A stretch of 64,000 bases of DNA from Eledone cirrhosa. Its lineage: Eukaryota. The stretch spans positions 219,790,001 to 219,854,000 of the forward strand of contig OZ024740.1 in NCBI GenBank assembly GCA_964016885.1, read 5' to 3'. Under the pieces are notes generated by a model that saw nothing but the letters and a program-made list of their open reading frames with translations, made no database searches and was not told the DNA's origin. Shown piece after piece: positions 13,551 through 26,100 of the stretch. The translations under genes were made by a program, and so were the position numbers. How positions within the stretch are numbered: the first letter of the stretch is position 1; the number at the start of each line of letters is the position of its first letter.

Positions 13551-13974
13551 TATTATTATATTTAATATAATTTTGTAGAGTGTACAACATAAGCAATTTA
13601 AGCTTAACTGCATCGTCAGCCTTTTTAATTAGGTAGTTGGTTTGTATACTAACTCTGTTTTATTTTAATTAAGTAACTTATTAGGAAAGGTAGCAAATGA
13701 GTGAACCCTGTTTAGCCATTCTCACCAGATCTAATAGCATTGGTCATATGTTCACTTAAGTTTTGAATTCTGAAGTAGCAGATATCAACCATAGTGATTT
13801 CCGTTTCTTATTTTCTCAGATTCCATTGAAAAACTTTGGTTCTTTATTAAATTATGTAATCTTCTACCATTAGAAGAAAAAATCCTGATTATGTTCGGTA
13901 TTCAATACCAGGGGTAGTGTAGCCAGCTGTAATACCATAAAAGATATTTTGCTATATATATATATAAGTGTGTA

Positions 13975-14311
13975 TATCCTTTGTCTGTGTTTACATTTGT
14001 TGAACCCCTTTGACCATGTGATTTGCACCTAGAAAGTTTCCCCCCAAGGCACAAGGTTGTTTGAGGAAGACCAGTAGTCACCCATGCATACCAGCCTCCC
14101 CTATCCATGCCACCGATGATGTCCAAGGGAAAGGCTATGGCTGATACAGCTTGGCACCAGTGACGTCGTAACTAATTTCTACAGCTCTGTAAACTGGAGC
14201 AATGTGAAATAAAGTGTCTTGCTCAAGGAAACAATGCAACACCCGGTCCGAGAATCGAACTCACAACTTTTGATTGCAAGCCCATATTCTAACCACTAAG
14301 CCATGCACCTT
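13975..14311 (-). mobile_element. tRNA-derived SINE family A
   Basis: Minus-strand head ggcttagtggttaga...gagttcgattctc, then ccttgagcaagacactttatttcac; homologous to 51720-52045. Confidence 0.8.
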
Positions 14312-15555
14312 GTGTTTACATGTGTCTGTTTATGTTCAAGTCCACTAACTTAGTGACTCAGCAAAAAAGAGATCAATAAAATAAATACTGGGATCAATAT
14401 GATGGCTTAAATTAAGTCATTGCCCCAGCATGATTGCAATATATGGACTGAAACAAGTTAAAGAATAAAATCAGAACAGGACTGCTTTCAAATTCGTGGG
14501 AGCTAAGAAGTTTTTTAAGGTGGTGAGGAAGCATTAGGTATTGATATTCATGGGGACCTCTTTGGTTCTCCAGGCCTTGAGCTGATGTGTTAGCTGACAG
14601 TTTACACAGCAAGGCCCACAAGCAAATTTTTTGGGGGAAGAATAATTCGGCACAGTTGTGACGTAAGCTGGACACTGCATTCTCCAGCACCTGATTTCTT
14701 CCTATGGAGCTATTTCAAAGTAAAAGTTTATGTTAACTAACCTCCGACACTTTAACAGCTAAAGAACTATATTCAAGTCCAACTAAGAACATTGGAGTAT
14801 AAAACACTTAGAAGGGGGACGTTTATGTAAAGCAGAAAATAAATGCCATTTACAAGATGTGATTTTTCACATTTAGCATACATTTATTTCCTATATATAC
14901 TGTTCCACACTGTAAACATGGTTGGTGTTAGGAAGGACATCCAGCAGTAAAAACACCCCCGCCAAAATCCAGTTCTATTTGAGCAAGGTATGGCAGGGCC
15001 AACTGGCCAGATTTGTTTCATAAATTGGACCACCTGTCTAGCCCATGCAGGTATGGAAAAATAGACATTAAATCGTGGTGGTGGTATACTGTATATGATG
15101 CTATGATCTTTTAAATATAACGGTGTTATTAAATATTGAAACCTCTTTGCGACTTTTCACCCACCCTATTATTTTTGGGTTTAGCTGAGTAGGTTCAGAA
15201 TAACAAAGACTATTTACCTTACTTAAGAGTAAAGAATATAGACAGTTGATGAAGCCTGTTGGCTTATAATGGTGAACAATATTAGTGTTTTCTTCTGGTT
15301 TACAGTTATTCATTACATTACTACTCTCTGGCTTTTATTCACTGTTTTACAATAACATGCATTAACTTTAAATTGATCTGACATTGATGAGAAATGGAAC
15401 ACAGCTGTTGTGATATAATGATTTATCATATCTATCTATCTATCTATTTATCTATACACTTATTTATCTCTTTCTCTATCAACTTATCTATACCTATCTA
15501 TCTACCTACTTATCTATAATCTTATTTACCTCCCTACTTCTCTCTCTCACTCTCA

Positions 15556-15588
<33 letters not shown>

Positions 15589-15795
15589 CATGTATATATA
15601 TATAAATTTAATAATAGTTTCTGATTTAAGCAAAAGGCCAGCAATTTGAGAGGAGGAGGAAAGTTGATTAAATCAACCCCAGTACATTACTGGTGCTATA
15701 TTTTATCATTTTATTGATCCCGTAAGGATGGAAACCAAAGGTAAAGGGTAAAATAAAGTACTTGAGACAAAAATATTTACCTCAAAATATTTCAT

Positions 15796-15886
15796 GATTC
15801 TTACTGCAGTTTCGTCCTGAAGCAAAAGATCAGTATTCTAATAATTTTGTATAGAGGATTATAAGAACAGGACTCTTCAGAAAATC
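15796..15886 (-). ncRNA. Type I hammerhead motif with a 48-nt insert in loop 2
   Basis: Minus strand: gatttt-CTGAAGA-gtcctg-[48 nt]-caggac-GAAA-ctgcag-TA-agaatc; all three helices pair; palindromic helix III. Confidence 0.78.
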
Positions 15887-16657
15887 TTCTCAAAACCTGA
15901 AGTAACCGATGTCTTCTTTAAAAGGGATAACCATCACGTGGTATATATTTCACAAGAAGGGAAGTAACAAATGGACTGTTGGCAAGCAGATGGTGTCTTT
16001 AGAAATAGCAGTTCGTTTTAGCCTGTTTTATTCTACCTTGTAGAGGTATATATATATATTCGTAAATGTTAGTATATAGATACATTTAAAAGTGTCCATT
16101 AATTACAGTTTTTGCTCAATGAATGAATTAACTAAAATCATTAATCAATTAGTCAGAGCATTATAAAATCAATAATTGGTAAAGTAAATATATATATATA
16201 ACTAATAAGACTTTTTTTTACCTCTGTTTGTTGCCTCCTTGAACTATATATATATAGTACAAATGTTTGAATTTGTAAAGCCAAAACAATGCAGGTATGG
16301 ACATAGAATAAAAAATGCAAATGACATTGTTGACAATTAGTCTTTTACCTTAGATTTATTTAAATGTCCTTAATTTTCGAGATAATATCTCTTCTTCGGA
16401 GGGAAGTAAAGCGGTTAAACCAGTGTTCTAAATAGCTTGCCAAGTCATGCTGACAGGAAATGGTATAAAGTATCTGTTCTATCTCTAATGTCAAAGAGTT
16501 AAGGTTAGGTGGATAAAGAGTAGTCTCCCTTTAAAAGGGGTTTTTTACATGTCTGTTTAAGTGTGTGGGAGAATGCGTGAATGTGTAAGTATGTGTGTGA
16601 GTGTGAGAAGATATGTCTATACGTAAATGTGGGGGATAGATGGTCTCTCATGTTAGA

Positions 16658-17014
16658 CACTCCACCAGACATGACAACCGCTGCAGGCTAGCCAACTGCC
16701 CTATCAACGACACAGACCTATGCCACCAGGCTTACGTCGTATACAGACTAGAGTGCGACAAATGCAGCAACTTCTACGTAGGTAGCACTACCAGACCACT
16801 CCACATAAGAATAAAAGAACACCTCAATACTAACGCTTCCTCATTTAAGAAACACCTAGTGAAATGCAAAAACACCGACAAAACCATAACAGTTAGGATA
16901 GAAACTAAGGAAAGAAACCTCGGCAATCTTAGAATTAAGGAAGCACTAATTATAGACAAAAGACAACCACCAATCAATAATAGACTAGAACTCAACACCC
17001 AATTTATAACTTGA
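16658..17014 (+). pseudogene. Penelope GIY-YIG endonuclease domain fragment
   Basis: CxxxxC...VVYRLECDKCSNFYVGSTTRPLHIRIKEH...LRIKEALII...PPINNRLE; the first residues of the listed ORF come from the inverted arm. Confidence 0.88.
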
Positions 17015-17406
17015 TAGAGCATCTAGCCGCATACTTACACCCCCCTCCCACACCCACGCACACACACACGCACGCACACACACACACACACACACTTACA
17101 CCTCCACTTATTCTCTCTCACACACATACACACACAAAGACCAGTTCTAACACGAGAGAACATCTATCCCCCACATTTACGTATAGACATATCTTCTCAC
17201 ACTCACACACACACACATACTTACACATTCACGCATTCTCCCACACACTTAAACAGACATGTAAAAAAAACCTTTTAAAGGGAGACTACTCTTTATCCAC
17301 CTAACCTTAACTCTTTGACATTAGAGATAGAACAGATACTTTATACCATTTCCTGTCAGCATGACTTGGCAAGCTATTTAGAACACTGGTTTAACCGCTT
17401 TACTTC

Positions 17407-17441
17407 CCTCCGAAGAAGAGATATTATCTCGAAAATTAAGG
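17407..17441 (+). ncRNA. Variant or degenerate minimal hammerhead in the Penelope pLTR
   Basis: cct-CCGAAGA-a-gagat-att-atctc-GAAA-at-TA-agg; the core U4 is C in both inverted arms, so it is probably inactive. Confidence 0.5.
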
Positions 17442-17595
17442 ACATTTAAATAAATCTAAGGTAAAAGACTAATTGTCAACAATATCTTTTGCATTCGCAT
17501 TTTTTATTCTATGTCCATACCTGCATTGTTTTGGCTTTACAAATTCAAACGTTTATACCTCAGTACACAATGCTTCAAGTGAACTATAACTTCCT

Positions 17596-17633
<38 letters not shown>

Positions 17634-18084
17634 GGCCCCAAAATCAGTGGCTATGCTGTGAGATGGGTCAGGCTCCTGATATCAGTGCCTCCTAGTACCG
17701 GGCTCCTAAACTATGGCTCTGCCGTGAGATGGGTCAGGCTCCAAAACTGTGATTCCATTGTGAGAAGGGTTCAGCACAGCCAACTAACCTGTCCCTCCTC
17801 ATGACAGAGCAATCCAGTCTCATGCAGTAAATGTGGTTGGTGTTGGGAAGGGCATCCAGCTGTAAAATACCCAGCCAGATTTATAGTCCTCACTGGAGCA
17901 AGGTGCAACATAGCCAACCCTGACCAGACTTGCTTCGCAGCATGGACCACCCGTCTAACCCATGCAAGCATGGAAAAATTGACGTTAAACAGAAATGATG
18001 ATATATGTATACTATGTACCATTGACTCCTGTATTTGTTTGTTTGTCATTTTGAACTATATATATATATATACATATATATATG

Positions 18085-18129
<45 letters not shown>

Positions 18130-18188
18130 CAAGGCTCTGATACCATCAACACTATAAACACAGAGCTGGCATATCTAAGAACTGACTA

Positions 18189-18244
18189 ACTGCCTGATGA
18201 GGTCATAGCCATTCAATGGCTATCATCGAAATACATATAGCAGT
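18189..18244 (+). ncRNA. Type I hammerhead motif in a short insert (about 18125-18290) within (TA)n
   Basis: actgc-CTGATGA-ggtcatagccattcaatggctatcatc-GAAA-tacata-TA-gcagt. Confidence 0.8.
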
Positions 18245-18285
18245 AAATAAAGGATTATGAGTTCATGCAATTGACTTCTGTTTCG

Positions 18286-18341
<56 letters not shown>

Positions 18342-18352
18342 TATATATATAT

Positions 18353-18537
18353 ATAGGAAAATGTTTAACCCCGACGGCAGAGCTCAAGCCGTTTCGACGT
18401 CCAGGAATAGCCGTCAAAACGGCTTGAGCTCTGCCGTCGGGGTTAAACATTTTCCTATTACCCACTCTACTACCCTAAGTATTGAGTACTCTGGTGCGTT
18501 ATGGTCCATCTAGTTCCTTACCACACTTCCTTCATTA
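18353..18537 (+). mobile_element. Fold-back mini-element family B (inverted repeat 18353-18458 plus tail)
   Basis: About 47-bp inverted arms; relatives at 18784-19028, 38566-38731 and 36420-36514 (-). Confidence 0.7.
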
Positions 18538-18552
18538 TATATATATATATAC

Positions 18553-18746
18553 ATTTAATATAGAAATGGCTTCTACAGGACTAGAACTGTTTCATTCGGA
18601 GGAAATCATCAGAAAGCTTTCTGATGATTTCCTCCGAATGAAACAGTTCTAGTCCTGTAGAAGCCATTTCTATATTAAATTACTTTTACTCTGCTATGTA
18701 TTGAGTACCTTACTTACTGTGGTTATCCCCGATTTAACCTGGGATC

Positions 18747-18750
<4 letters not shown>
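18553..18750 (+). mobile_element. Fold-back mini-element family C: perfect 128-bp palindrome (18553-18680) containing a hammerhead core, plus tail
   Basis: Arms are exact reverse complements about aaag|cttt; CTGATGA...GAAAC at 18621-18644; relative at 35816-35990. Confidence 0.8.
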
Positions 18751-18783
<33 letters not shown>

Positions 18784-18788
<5 letters not shown>

Positions 18789-19025
18789 AACAAGTAGGAC
18801 CCCGACGGCTGGGCTCCAGCCATTTCGACGGCTAATTCTGGACTAATTCTTAGTCCAGAATTAGCCGTCGAAATTCTGGACTAAGAATTAGTCCTGGATT
18901 AGCCGTCGAAACGGCTTGAGCTCAGCCGTCGGGGTCCTACTCGTTCCTATTACCCACTCTACTACCTTAGTATTGAGTACTTTGGTGCGTTATGGTCCAT
19001 CTGGTTCCTTACCACATTTCCTTCG

Positions 19026-19028
<3 letters not shown>
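18784..19028 (+). mobile_element. Fold-back mini-element family B with nested hairpins
   Basis: Inverted arms within 18784-18950; shared tail cccactctactacc...gtattgagtac. Confidence 0.7.
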
Positions 19029-19103
<75 letters not shown>

Positions 19104-19112
19104 GTATATATA

Positions 19113-19480
19113 TATAAGATCAAAAGATGGTTAAAAGAGTTCCATGTATTTTATTATGCACATTTCAAAAACAAATATCATCATGAGATGACATTTGCGT
19201 TTTCGTCAGATAAAATAGGGATACATGATATGAAGGTTAAAAAACACTTGTGAATAATGAAGTTTTAAATCAACATATCCCTATTTTATCTGACGAAAAC
19301 GCAAATGTCATCTCATGATGATATTTGTTTTTGAAATGCGCATAATAAAATACATGGAACTCTTTTAACCATCTTTTGATCTTATATTATTTATACTCCA
19401 GTCCTACAAACTGTAGAGTGCTACTTATCCGATATCTGCATTGCTTTATTGTACTACAATAAAACTCACCTCCTACATAT
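19113..19480 (+). mobile_element. Fold-back Penelope pLTR remnant with two opposed hammerheads
   Basis: About 110-bp inverted arms at 19113-19223 and 19276-19386; homologous to the pLTR at 62262-62400. Confidence 0.8.
19282..19352 (+). ncRNA. Type I hammerhead ribozyme motif (mirror copy on - strand at 19147-19217)
   Basis: tattttat-CTGACGA-[long helix II]-GAAA-tgcgca-TA-ataaaata; perfect 8-bp helix I; palindromic helix III. Confidence 0.85.
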
Positions 19481-19884
19481 ATATATATATATATACCAGA
19501 TAATTCTACCTACACATCTCCCTATTCATTTCTATGTGTCTCTTCCTAGCTATTTACCAAACGGGAGTGTCCCATTACAGGTAATACATTGTTAAGCAAT
19601 GTCAGCCTACTCAGATGCTCCATGTATATACTGTACTGTGTCAAGGTCTTGTTTACATGTACAGAGTGTCAAACCTCTGTTGCTGCTTACTTTACCAAAA
19701 GCTTAATGCTGTGCACTCACATACACACAAATCCCCACACACCCACACACAAAAGTGCATGTAAACACATGCATGCACACACACACACGAGTACAATTGT
19801 GTAAATATGTGTATATTTACATTTATTATGTTCACTTATATATGTCTATCCTGTATGTAACTATATATATATATACGGCAAAGT

Positions 19885-20460
19885 ATAAATGAATTGAGAG
19901 AGAGACTGAGCATAAGAGGAATCAATGCTGTGTGCAGGAGAGGAGGTTACATTGGTATCGACATGTGATGCGTATGAAGGATGACAGCTGCATAAAAAGG
20001 TGCAGGCACTAGAAGTCAATGGAAGTGGAGTGACCCAAGAAGACCTGGGATGAGGTGATAAAAGCCGACCTTACCCAATTACACCTCTCAAAGGCGATGA
20101 CACAAGACCGTGACCTCTGGCGTCACGCAGTAATACAGAGTACCCGACCTCCCATGGGTACAAGCTGAAGCATATAGACAATATGCCCCCACACCCCCCA
20201 CTGCAAGGTGGTCGTGGAGGTGCCACGGCAAAAAAGCACCCAGCCCACACTGTAAAGTAGACTTGTAGGCGCCACGTAAAAGCACCCAGCACTCACTGTA
20301 AATGAGGTTGGTGTTAGGAAGGGCATCCAGCTGTAGAAATCAAGCCAAATCAGTTCCTGTATGAGCAAGGCATGGTCAGCCGACCAGACACTGCCCACAA
20401 CAGGACAACCCGTCTAACCCATGCTAGCGTGGAAGAACGGACGTAAAACGATGATGATGA
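19885..20460 (+). mobile_element. RTE LINE 3' fragment
   Basis: Highly similar to 9330-9945; (GAT)n tail. Confidence 0.85.
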
Positions 20461-20570
20461 TATATATATATATATATATATATGTAAAAGGTCAACAGAA
20501 ATAACAACACAATCAGTACAGTATATGGAAGGAATATATTAGGTTAATGCTTGAAATAGCAGGAAGAGGG

Positions 20571-20607
20571 TCTTAATGTTTCGGACGCTAGTCCTTCATC
20601 AGTAGAA
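20571..20607 (-). ncRNA. Degenerate minimal hammerhead of a further pLTR-like family
   Basis: Minus strand: CTGATGA-a-ggac-tagc-gtcc-GAAA-catt-aaga; relatives at about 9978-10012 (-), 20740-20775 (-) and 33691-33730 (+); helix I is weak. Confidence 0.55.
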
Positions 20608-21119
20608 AGAATGAGAAATAAGATAGAGTGAAGGGATGGGTGGGGTATATATATGTATAGTTGAAAAGGAACCAATAAAACACAGGAGGCAATTGTACAC
20701 AGTTATATTAGGTTCACGCTTGGTAGAAGTGAAAGAAGTTTCAATGTTTTGGACATAAGTCCTTCATCAGGAAAGTTCGGATAGGGGGAGAACAGGAACT
20801 CTGAGAGGGTGTAAGAAGGGTTTTAAAGGCGGAAGTTAAAAAGAAAGAAATACATATATATATATATATATGTATGTATGTCGTAATAATTATTTCAACA
20901 TTTAGCAGAAGGCCAGCAATTTGAAGGGAAGTGGAAAGTCAATTGAATTGACCCCACCACATTACTGATACTTTATTTTATCAACTCTGCAAAGATGAAA
21001 GGCAAAGCTAACCTCGACTGGATATGAATGTAAAGTACTGTATCTATATGCCACAAAGCATGTAGTCTGACACTCTATCGATATTGTCAATCCACTGCCC
21101 TTATATGTTGTAATAATAA

Positions 21120-21445
21120 TCATCACCGTCATTTTTTATATCTTTGTTTTTCCATGTTGGCATGGGTTCAACAAGTCCTCTCCAGTACAGCATCTTGTTA
21201 CTTGTATCTTTTCTTTGTGAGGTTCAGTCTCTAAATCTGCTTCCAGCAATTCTCTGCACATCTTTCTTGGTCTTCCTCTTGTTCAGTGCCCTTCCATATG
21301 GAACACCTGGCATTTCTTTACCCAAAATTCCCCAGCAATACTCATAATATATCTGTACCAGCATAACCTTATCTCTTGCATGTTACATCTGATTCCTTTT
21401 ATGCACAGATATTCTCTCAATTCACCCAAGCTTTATCATTCATGA
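21120..21445 (-). mobile_element. Old RTE LINE fragment
   Basis: Weak homology to the RTE C-terminus and tail. Confidence 0.5.
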
Positions 21446-21469
21446 ATAGATATATCTTATATATAAATA

Positions 21470-21504
<35 letters not shown>

Positions 21505-21547
21505 GAAAAGTATAGAAATTATTGTAGCAAGAAGCAGTATTCCATAA

Positions 21548-21624
<77 letters not shown>

Positions 21625-21629
<5 letters not shown>

Positions 21630-21988
21630 ATAATATATATATATATATATATAAGATATATATATATATATATATAAGATAATATATATATATATAAGAT
21701 AATATATATATAAGATAATATATATATATATAAGATAATATATATATATATAAGATAATATATATATAAGATAATATATATATATATAAGATAATATATA
21801 TATATATAAGATAATATATATATAAGATAATATATATATATATAAGATAATATATATATATATATAAGATAATATATATATAAGATAATATATATATATA
21901 TAAGATAATATATATATATATAAGATAATATATATATATATAAGATAATATATATATATATAAGATTATATATATATATATATATAAG

Positions 21989-22020
<32 letters not shown>
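21625..22020. repeat. Compound (TA)n-AGATAA minisatellite
   Basis: taagataa separated by variable TA runs. Confidence 0.9.
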
Positions 22021-22023
<3 letters not shown>

Positions 22024-22089
22024 GTTTACATATACATTGGGAGAGGAAATGGTATATATTTTATTTAATAATTCTAAGGACATGATTTA

Positions 22090-22158
<69 letters not shown>

Positions 22159-22377
22159 ATAATATTTTAAACTTCTATATAACAATCATATCTTATATTA
22201 TCTATATTTCTATATTCTTTTCATCTAAGAACTTTACATTTTTCTATGTAAATGTGTATTATATTAAAATGAAAATTTTATGAACTTGTATATATATTTA
22301 TTGATGTCCATACAGCCTTATACATCTCTTTCCTTATTTTTGATGTGTCTGTGTGTATGTATAGGTAAGTCTATGTG

Positions 22378-22569
22378 TGTGTGAACATGTTTTCATGTGT
22401 TGTGTTATAGATATGTAAATATGTCAGTGTCTGTATGTGTTTATGGTGTGTAGAGGCAAGTTTGTGAGCATATGAGAACGTGTTATGTATGTGTGTGTGT
22501 GTGTGTGTATGTGTGTGTGTGTGTGTGAATATGTTTGCATGTGTTGTGTTGTTTATATGTGTATATGTG

Positions 22570-22610
<41 letters not shown>

Positions 22611-23130
22611 GTGAACATGTTTGCATGTGTTGTGTTGTTTATATGTGTATATGTGAGTGTGTGTGTGTGTGTGGATGTGTGTGTGTATGTATGTGTGTGT
22701 GAACATGTTTGCATGTGTTGTGTTGTTTATATGTGAATGTGTGAGTGTGTGTGTGTGTATGTATGTGTGAACATGTTTGCATGCGTTGTGTTGTTTATAT
22801 GTGAGTGTGTGTGTGTGTATGTATGTGTGTGTGAACATGTTTGCATGTGTTGTGTTGTTTATATGTGAATATGTGAGTGTGTGTGTGTGTGTGTGTGTGA
22901 ACATGTTTGCATGTGTTGTGTTGTTTATATGTGAATATGTGAGTGTGTGTGTGTGTGTGTGTGTGTGAACATGTTTGCATGTGTTGTGTTGTTTATATGT
23001 GAATATGTGAGTGTGTGTGTGTGTGTGTGAACATGTTTGCATGTGTTGTGTTGTTTATATGTGAATATGTGAGTGTGTGTCTGTTATGTATATGTGTGTT
23101 TGAACATGTGTTGTGTTATTTATATGTGAA
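22378..23130. repeat. About 55-80-bp (GT)n-containing tandem repeat
   Basis: gtgaacatgtttgcatgtgttgtgttgtttatatgtg repeated about 11 times. Confidence 0.88.
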
Positions 23131-23174
23131 TATGTCTGTGTATGTATGTGTATGTATTGAGTATATTCAACTTT

Positions 23175-26100
23175 ATGTGTATATGTGAATGTGTTGTGTA
23201 TGTGAATGTGTTGTGTATGTGAGTGTGTTGTGTATGTGAGTGTGTTGTGTATGTGAATGTGTTGTGTATGTGAGTGTGTTGTGTATGTGAATGTGTTGTG
23301 TATGTGAATGTGTTGTGTATGTGAGTGTGTTGTGTATGTGAATGTGTTGTGTATATGTGAATGTGTTGTGTATGTGAATGTGTTGTGTATGTGAGTGTGT
23401 TGTGTATGTGAATGTGTTGTGTATGTGAATGTGTTGTGTATGTGAATGTGTTGTGTATGTGAATGTGTTGTGTATGTGAGTGTGTTGTGTATGTGATGTG
23501 TTGTGTATGTGAATGTGTTGTGTATGTCAGTGTGTTGTGTATGTTAATGTGTTGTGAATGTGTTGTGTATGTGAGTGTGTTGTGTATGTGAGTGTGTTGT
23601 GTATGTGAATGTGTTGTGTATGTGAATGTGTTGTGTATGTGAATGTGTTGTGTATGTCAGTGTGTTGTGTATGTGAATGTGTTGTGTATGTGAGTGTGTT
23701 GTGTATGTGAGTGTGTTGTGTATGTGAGTGTGCTGTGTATGTGAATGTGTTGTGTATGTGAGTGTGTTGTGTATGTGAATATGTTGTGTATGTGAGTGTG
23801 TTGTGTATGTGAGTGTGTTGTGTATGTGAATGTGTTGTGTATGTTAATGTGTTGTGTATGTGAATGTATTGTGTATGTGAGTGTGTTGTGTATGTGAATG
23901 TGTTGTGTATGTGAGTGTGTTGTGTATGTGAATGTGTTGTGTATGTGAGTGTGTTGTGTATGTGAATGTGTTGTGTATGTGAGTGTGTTGTGTATGTGAA
24001 TGTGTTGTGTATGTGAGTGTGTTGTGTATGTGAGTGTGTTGTGTATGTGAATGTGTTGTGTATGTGAGTGTGTTGTGTGTGTGAGTGTGTTGTGTATGTG
24101 CTGTGTATGTGAATGTGTTGTGTATGTGAATGTGTTGTGTATGTGAGTGTGTTGTGTATGTGAGTGTGTTGTGTATGTGAATGTGTTGTGTATGTGAATG
24201 TGTTGTGTATGTGAATGTGTTGTGTATGTGAATGTGTTGTGTATGTGAATGTGTTGTGTATGTGAGTGTGTTGTGTATGTGAATGTGAATGTGTTGTGTA
24301 TGTGAATGTGTTGTGTATGTGAATGTGTTGTGTATGTGAATGTGTTGTGTATGTGAATGTGTTGTATATGTGAATGTGTTGTGTATGTGAATGTGTTGTG
24401 TATGTGAATGTGTTGTGTATGTGAATGTGTTGTGTATGTGAGTGTGCTGTGTATGTGAATGTGTTGTGTATGTGAATGTGAGTGTGTTGTGTATGTGAAT
24501 GTGTTGTGTATGTGAATGTGTTGTGTATGTGAATGTGTTGTGTATGTGAATGTGTTGTGTATGTGAGTGTGCTGTGTATGTGAATGTGTTGTGTATGTGA
24601 GTGTGCTGTGTATGTGAATGTGTTGTGTATGTGAATGTGTTGTGTATGTGAGTGTGTTGTGTATGTGAATGTGTTGTGTATGTGAATGTGTTGTGTATGT
24701 GAATGTGTTGTGTATGTGAGTGTATTGTGTATGTGAGTGTGTTGTGTATGTGAGTGTGTTGTGTATGTGAATGTGTTGTGTATGTGAATGTGTTGTGTAT
24801 GTCAGTGTGTTGTGTATGTGAATGTGTTGTGTATGTGAGTGTGTTGTGTATGTGAATGTGTTGTGTATGTCAGTGTGTTGTGTATGTGAATGTGTTGTGT
24901 ATGTGAGTGTGTTGTGTATGTGAGTGTGTTGTGAGTGTGCTGTGTATGTGAATGTGTTGTGTATGTGAGTGTATTGTGTATGTGAGTGTGTTGTGTATGT
25001 GAGTGTGTTGTGTATGTGAATGTGTTGTGTATGTGAATGTGTTGTGTATGTGAGTGTGTTGTGTATGTGAGTGTGTTGTGTATGTGAATGTGTTGTGTAT
25101 GTGAATGTGTTGTGTATGTGAATGTGTTGTGTATGTGAATGTGTTGTGTATGTGAATGTGTTGTGTATGTGAATGTGTTGTGTATGTGAATGTGTTGTGT
25201 ATGTGAATGTGTTGTGTATGTGAGTGTGCTGTGTATGTGAATGTGTTGTGTATGTGAATGTGTTGTGTATGTGAGTGTGTTGTGTATGTGAATGTGTTGT
25301 GTATGTGAATGTGTTGTGTATGTGAATGTGTTGTGTATGTGAATGTGTTGTGTATGTGAGTGTGCTGTGTATGTGAATGTGTTGTGTATGTGAGTGTGCT
25401 GTGTATGTGAATGTGTTGTGTATGTGAATGTGTTGTGTATGTGAGTGTGTTGTGTATGTGAATGTGTTGTGTATGTGAATGTGTTGTGTATGTGAATGTG
25501 TTGTGTATGTGAGTGTATTGTGTATGTGAGTGTGTTGTGTATGTGAGTGTGTTGTGTATGTGAATGTGTTGTGTATGTGAATGTGTTGTGTATGTCAGTG
25601 TGTTGTGTATGTGAATGTGTTGTGTATGTGAGTGTGTTGTGTATGTGAATGTGTTGTGTATGTCAGTGTGTTGTGTATGTGAATGTGTTGTGTATGTGAG
25701 TGTGTTGTGTATGTGAGTGTGTTGTGAGTGTGCTGTGTATGTGAATGTGTTGTGTATGTGAGTGTATTGTGTATGTGAGTGTGTTGTGTATGTGAGTGTG
25801 TTGTGTATGTGAATGTGTTGTGTATGTGAATGTGTTGTGTATGTGAGTGTGTTGTGTATGTGAGTGTGTTGTGTATGTGAATGTGTTGTGTATGTGAATG
25901 TGTTGTGTATGTGAATGTGTTGTGTATGTCAGTGTGTTGTGTATGTGAGTGTGTTGTGTATGTGAGTGTGTTGTGAATGTGAGTGTTTTGTATATGTGAA
26001 TGTGTTGTGTATGTGAATGTGTTGTGTATGTGAGTGTATTGTGTATGTGAGTGTGTTGTGTATGTGAGTGTGTTGTGTATGTGAATGTGTTGTGTATGTG

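Larger units (their letters stand above)
16261..17600 (+). mobile_element. 5'-truncated Penelope-like element with an inverted pLTR (arms about 16261-16657 and 17146-17554) and an about 44-nt 3' tail
   Basis: GIY-YIG ORF between about 400-bp inverted repeats; ends in (TA)n. Confidence 0.88.
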
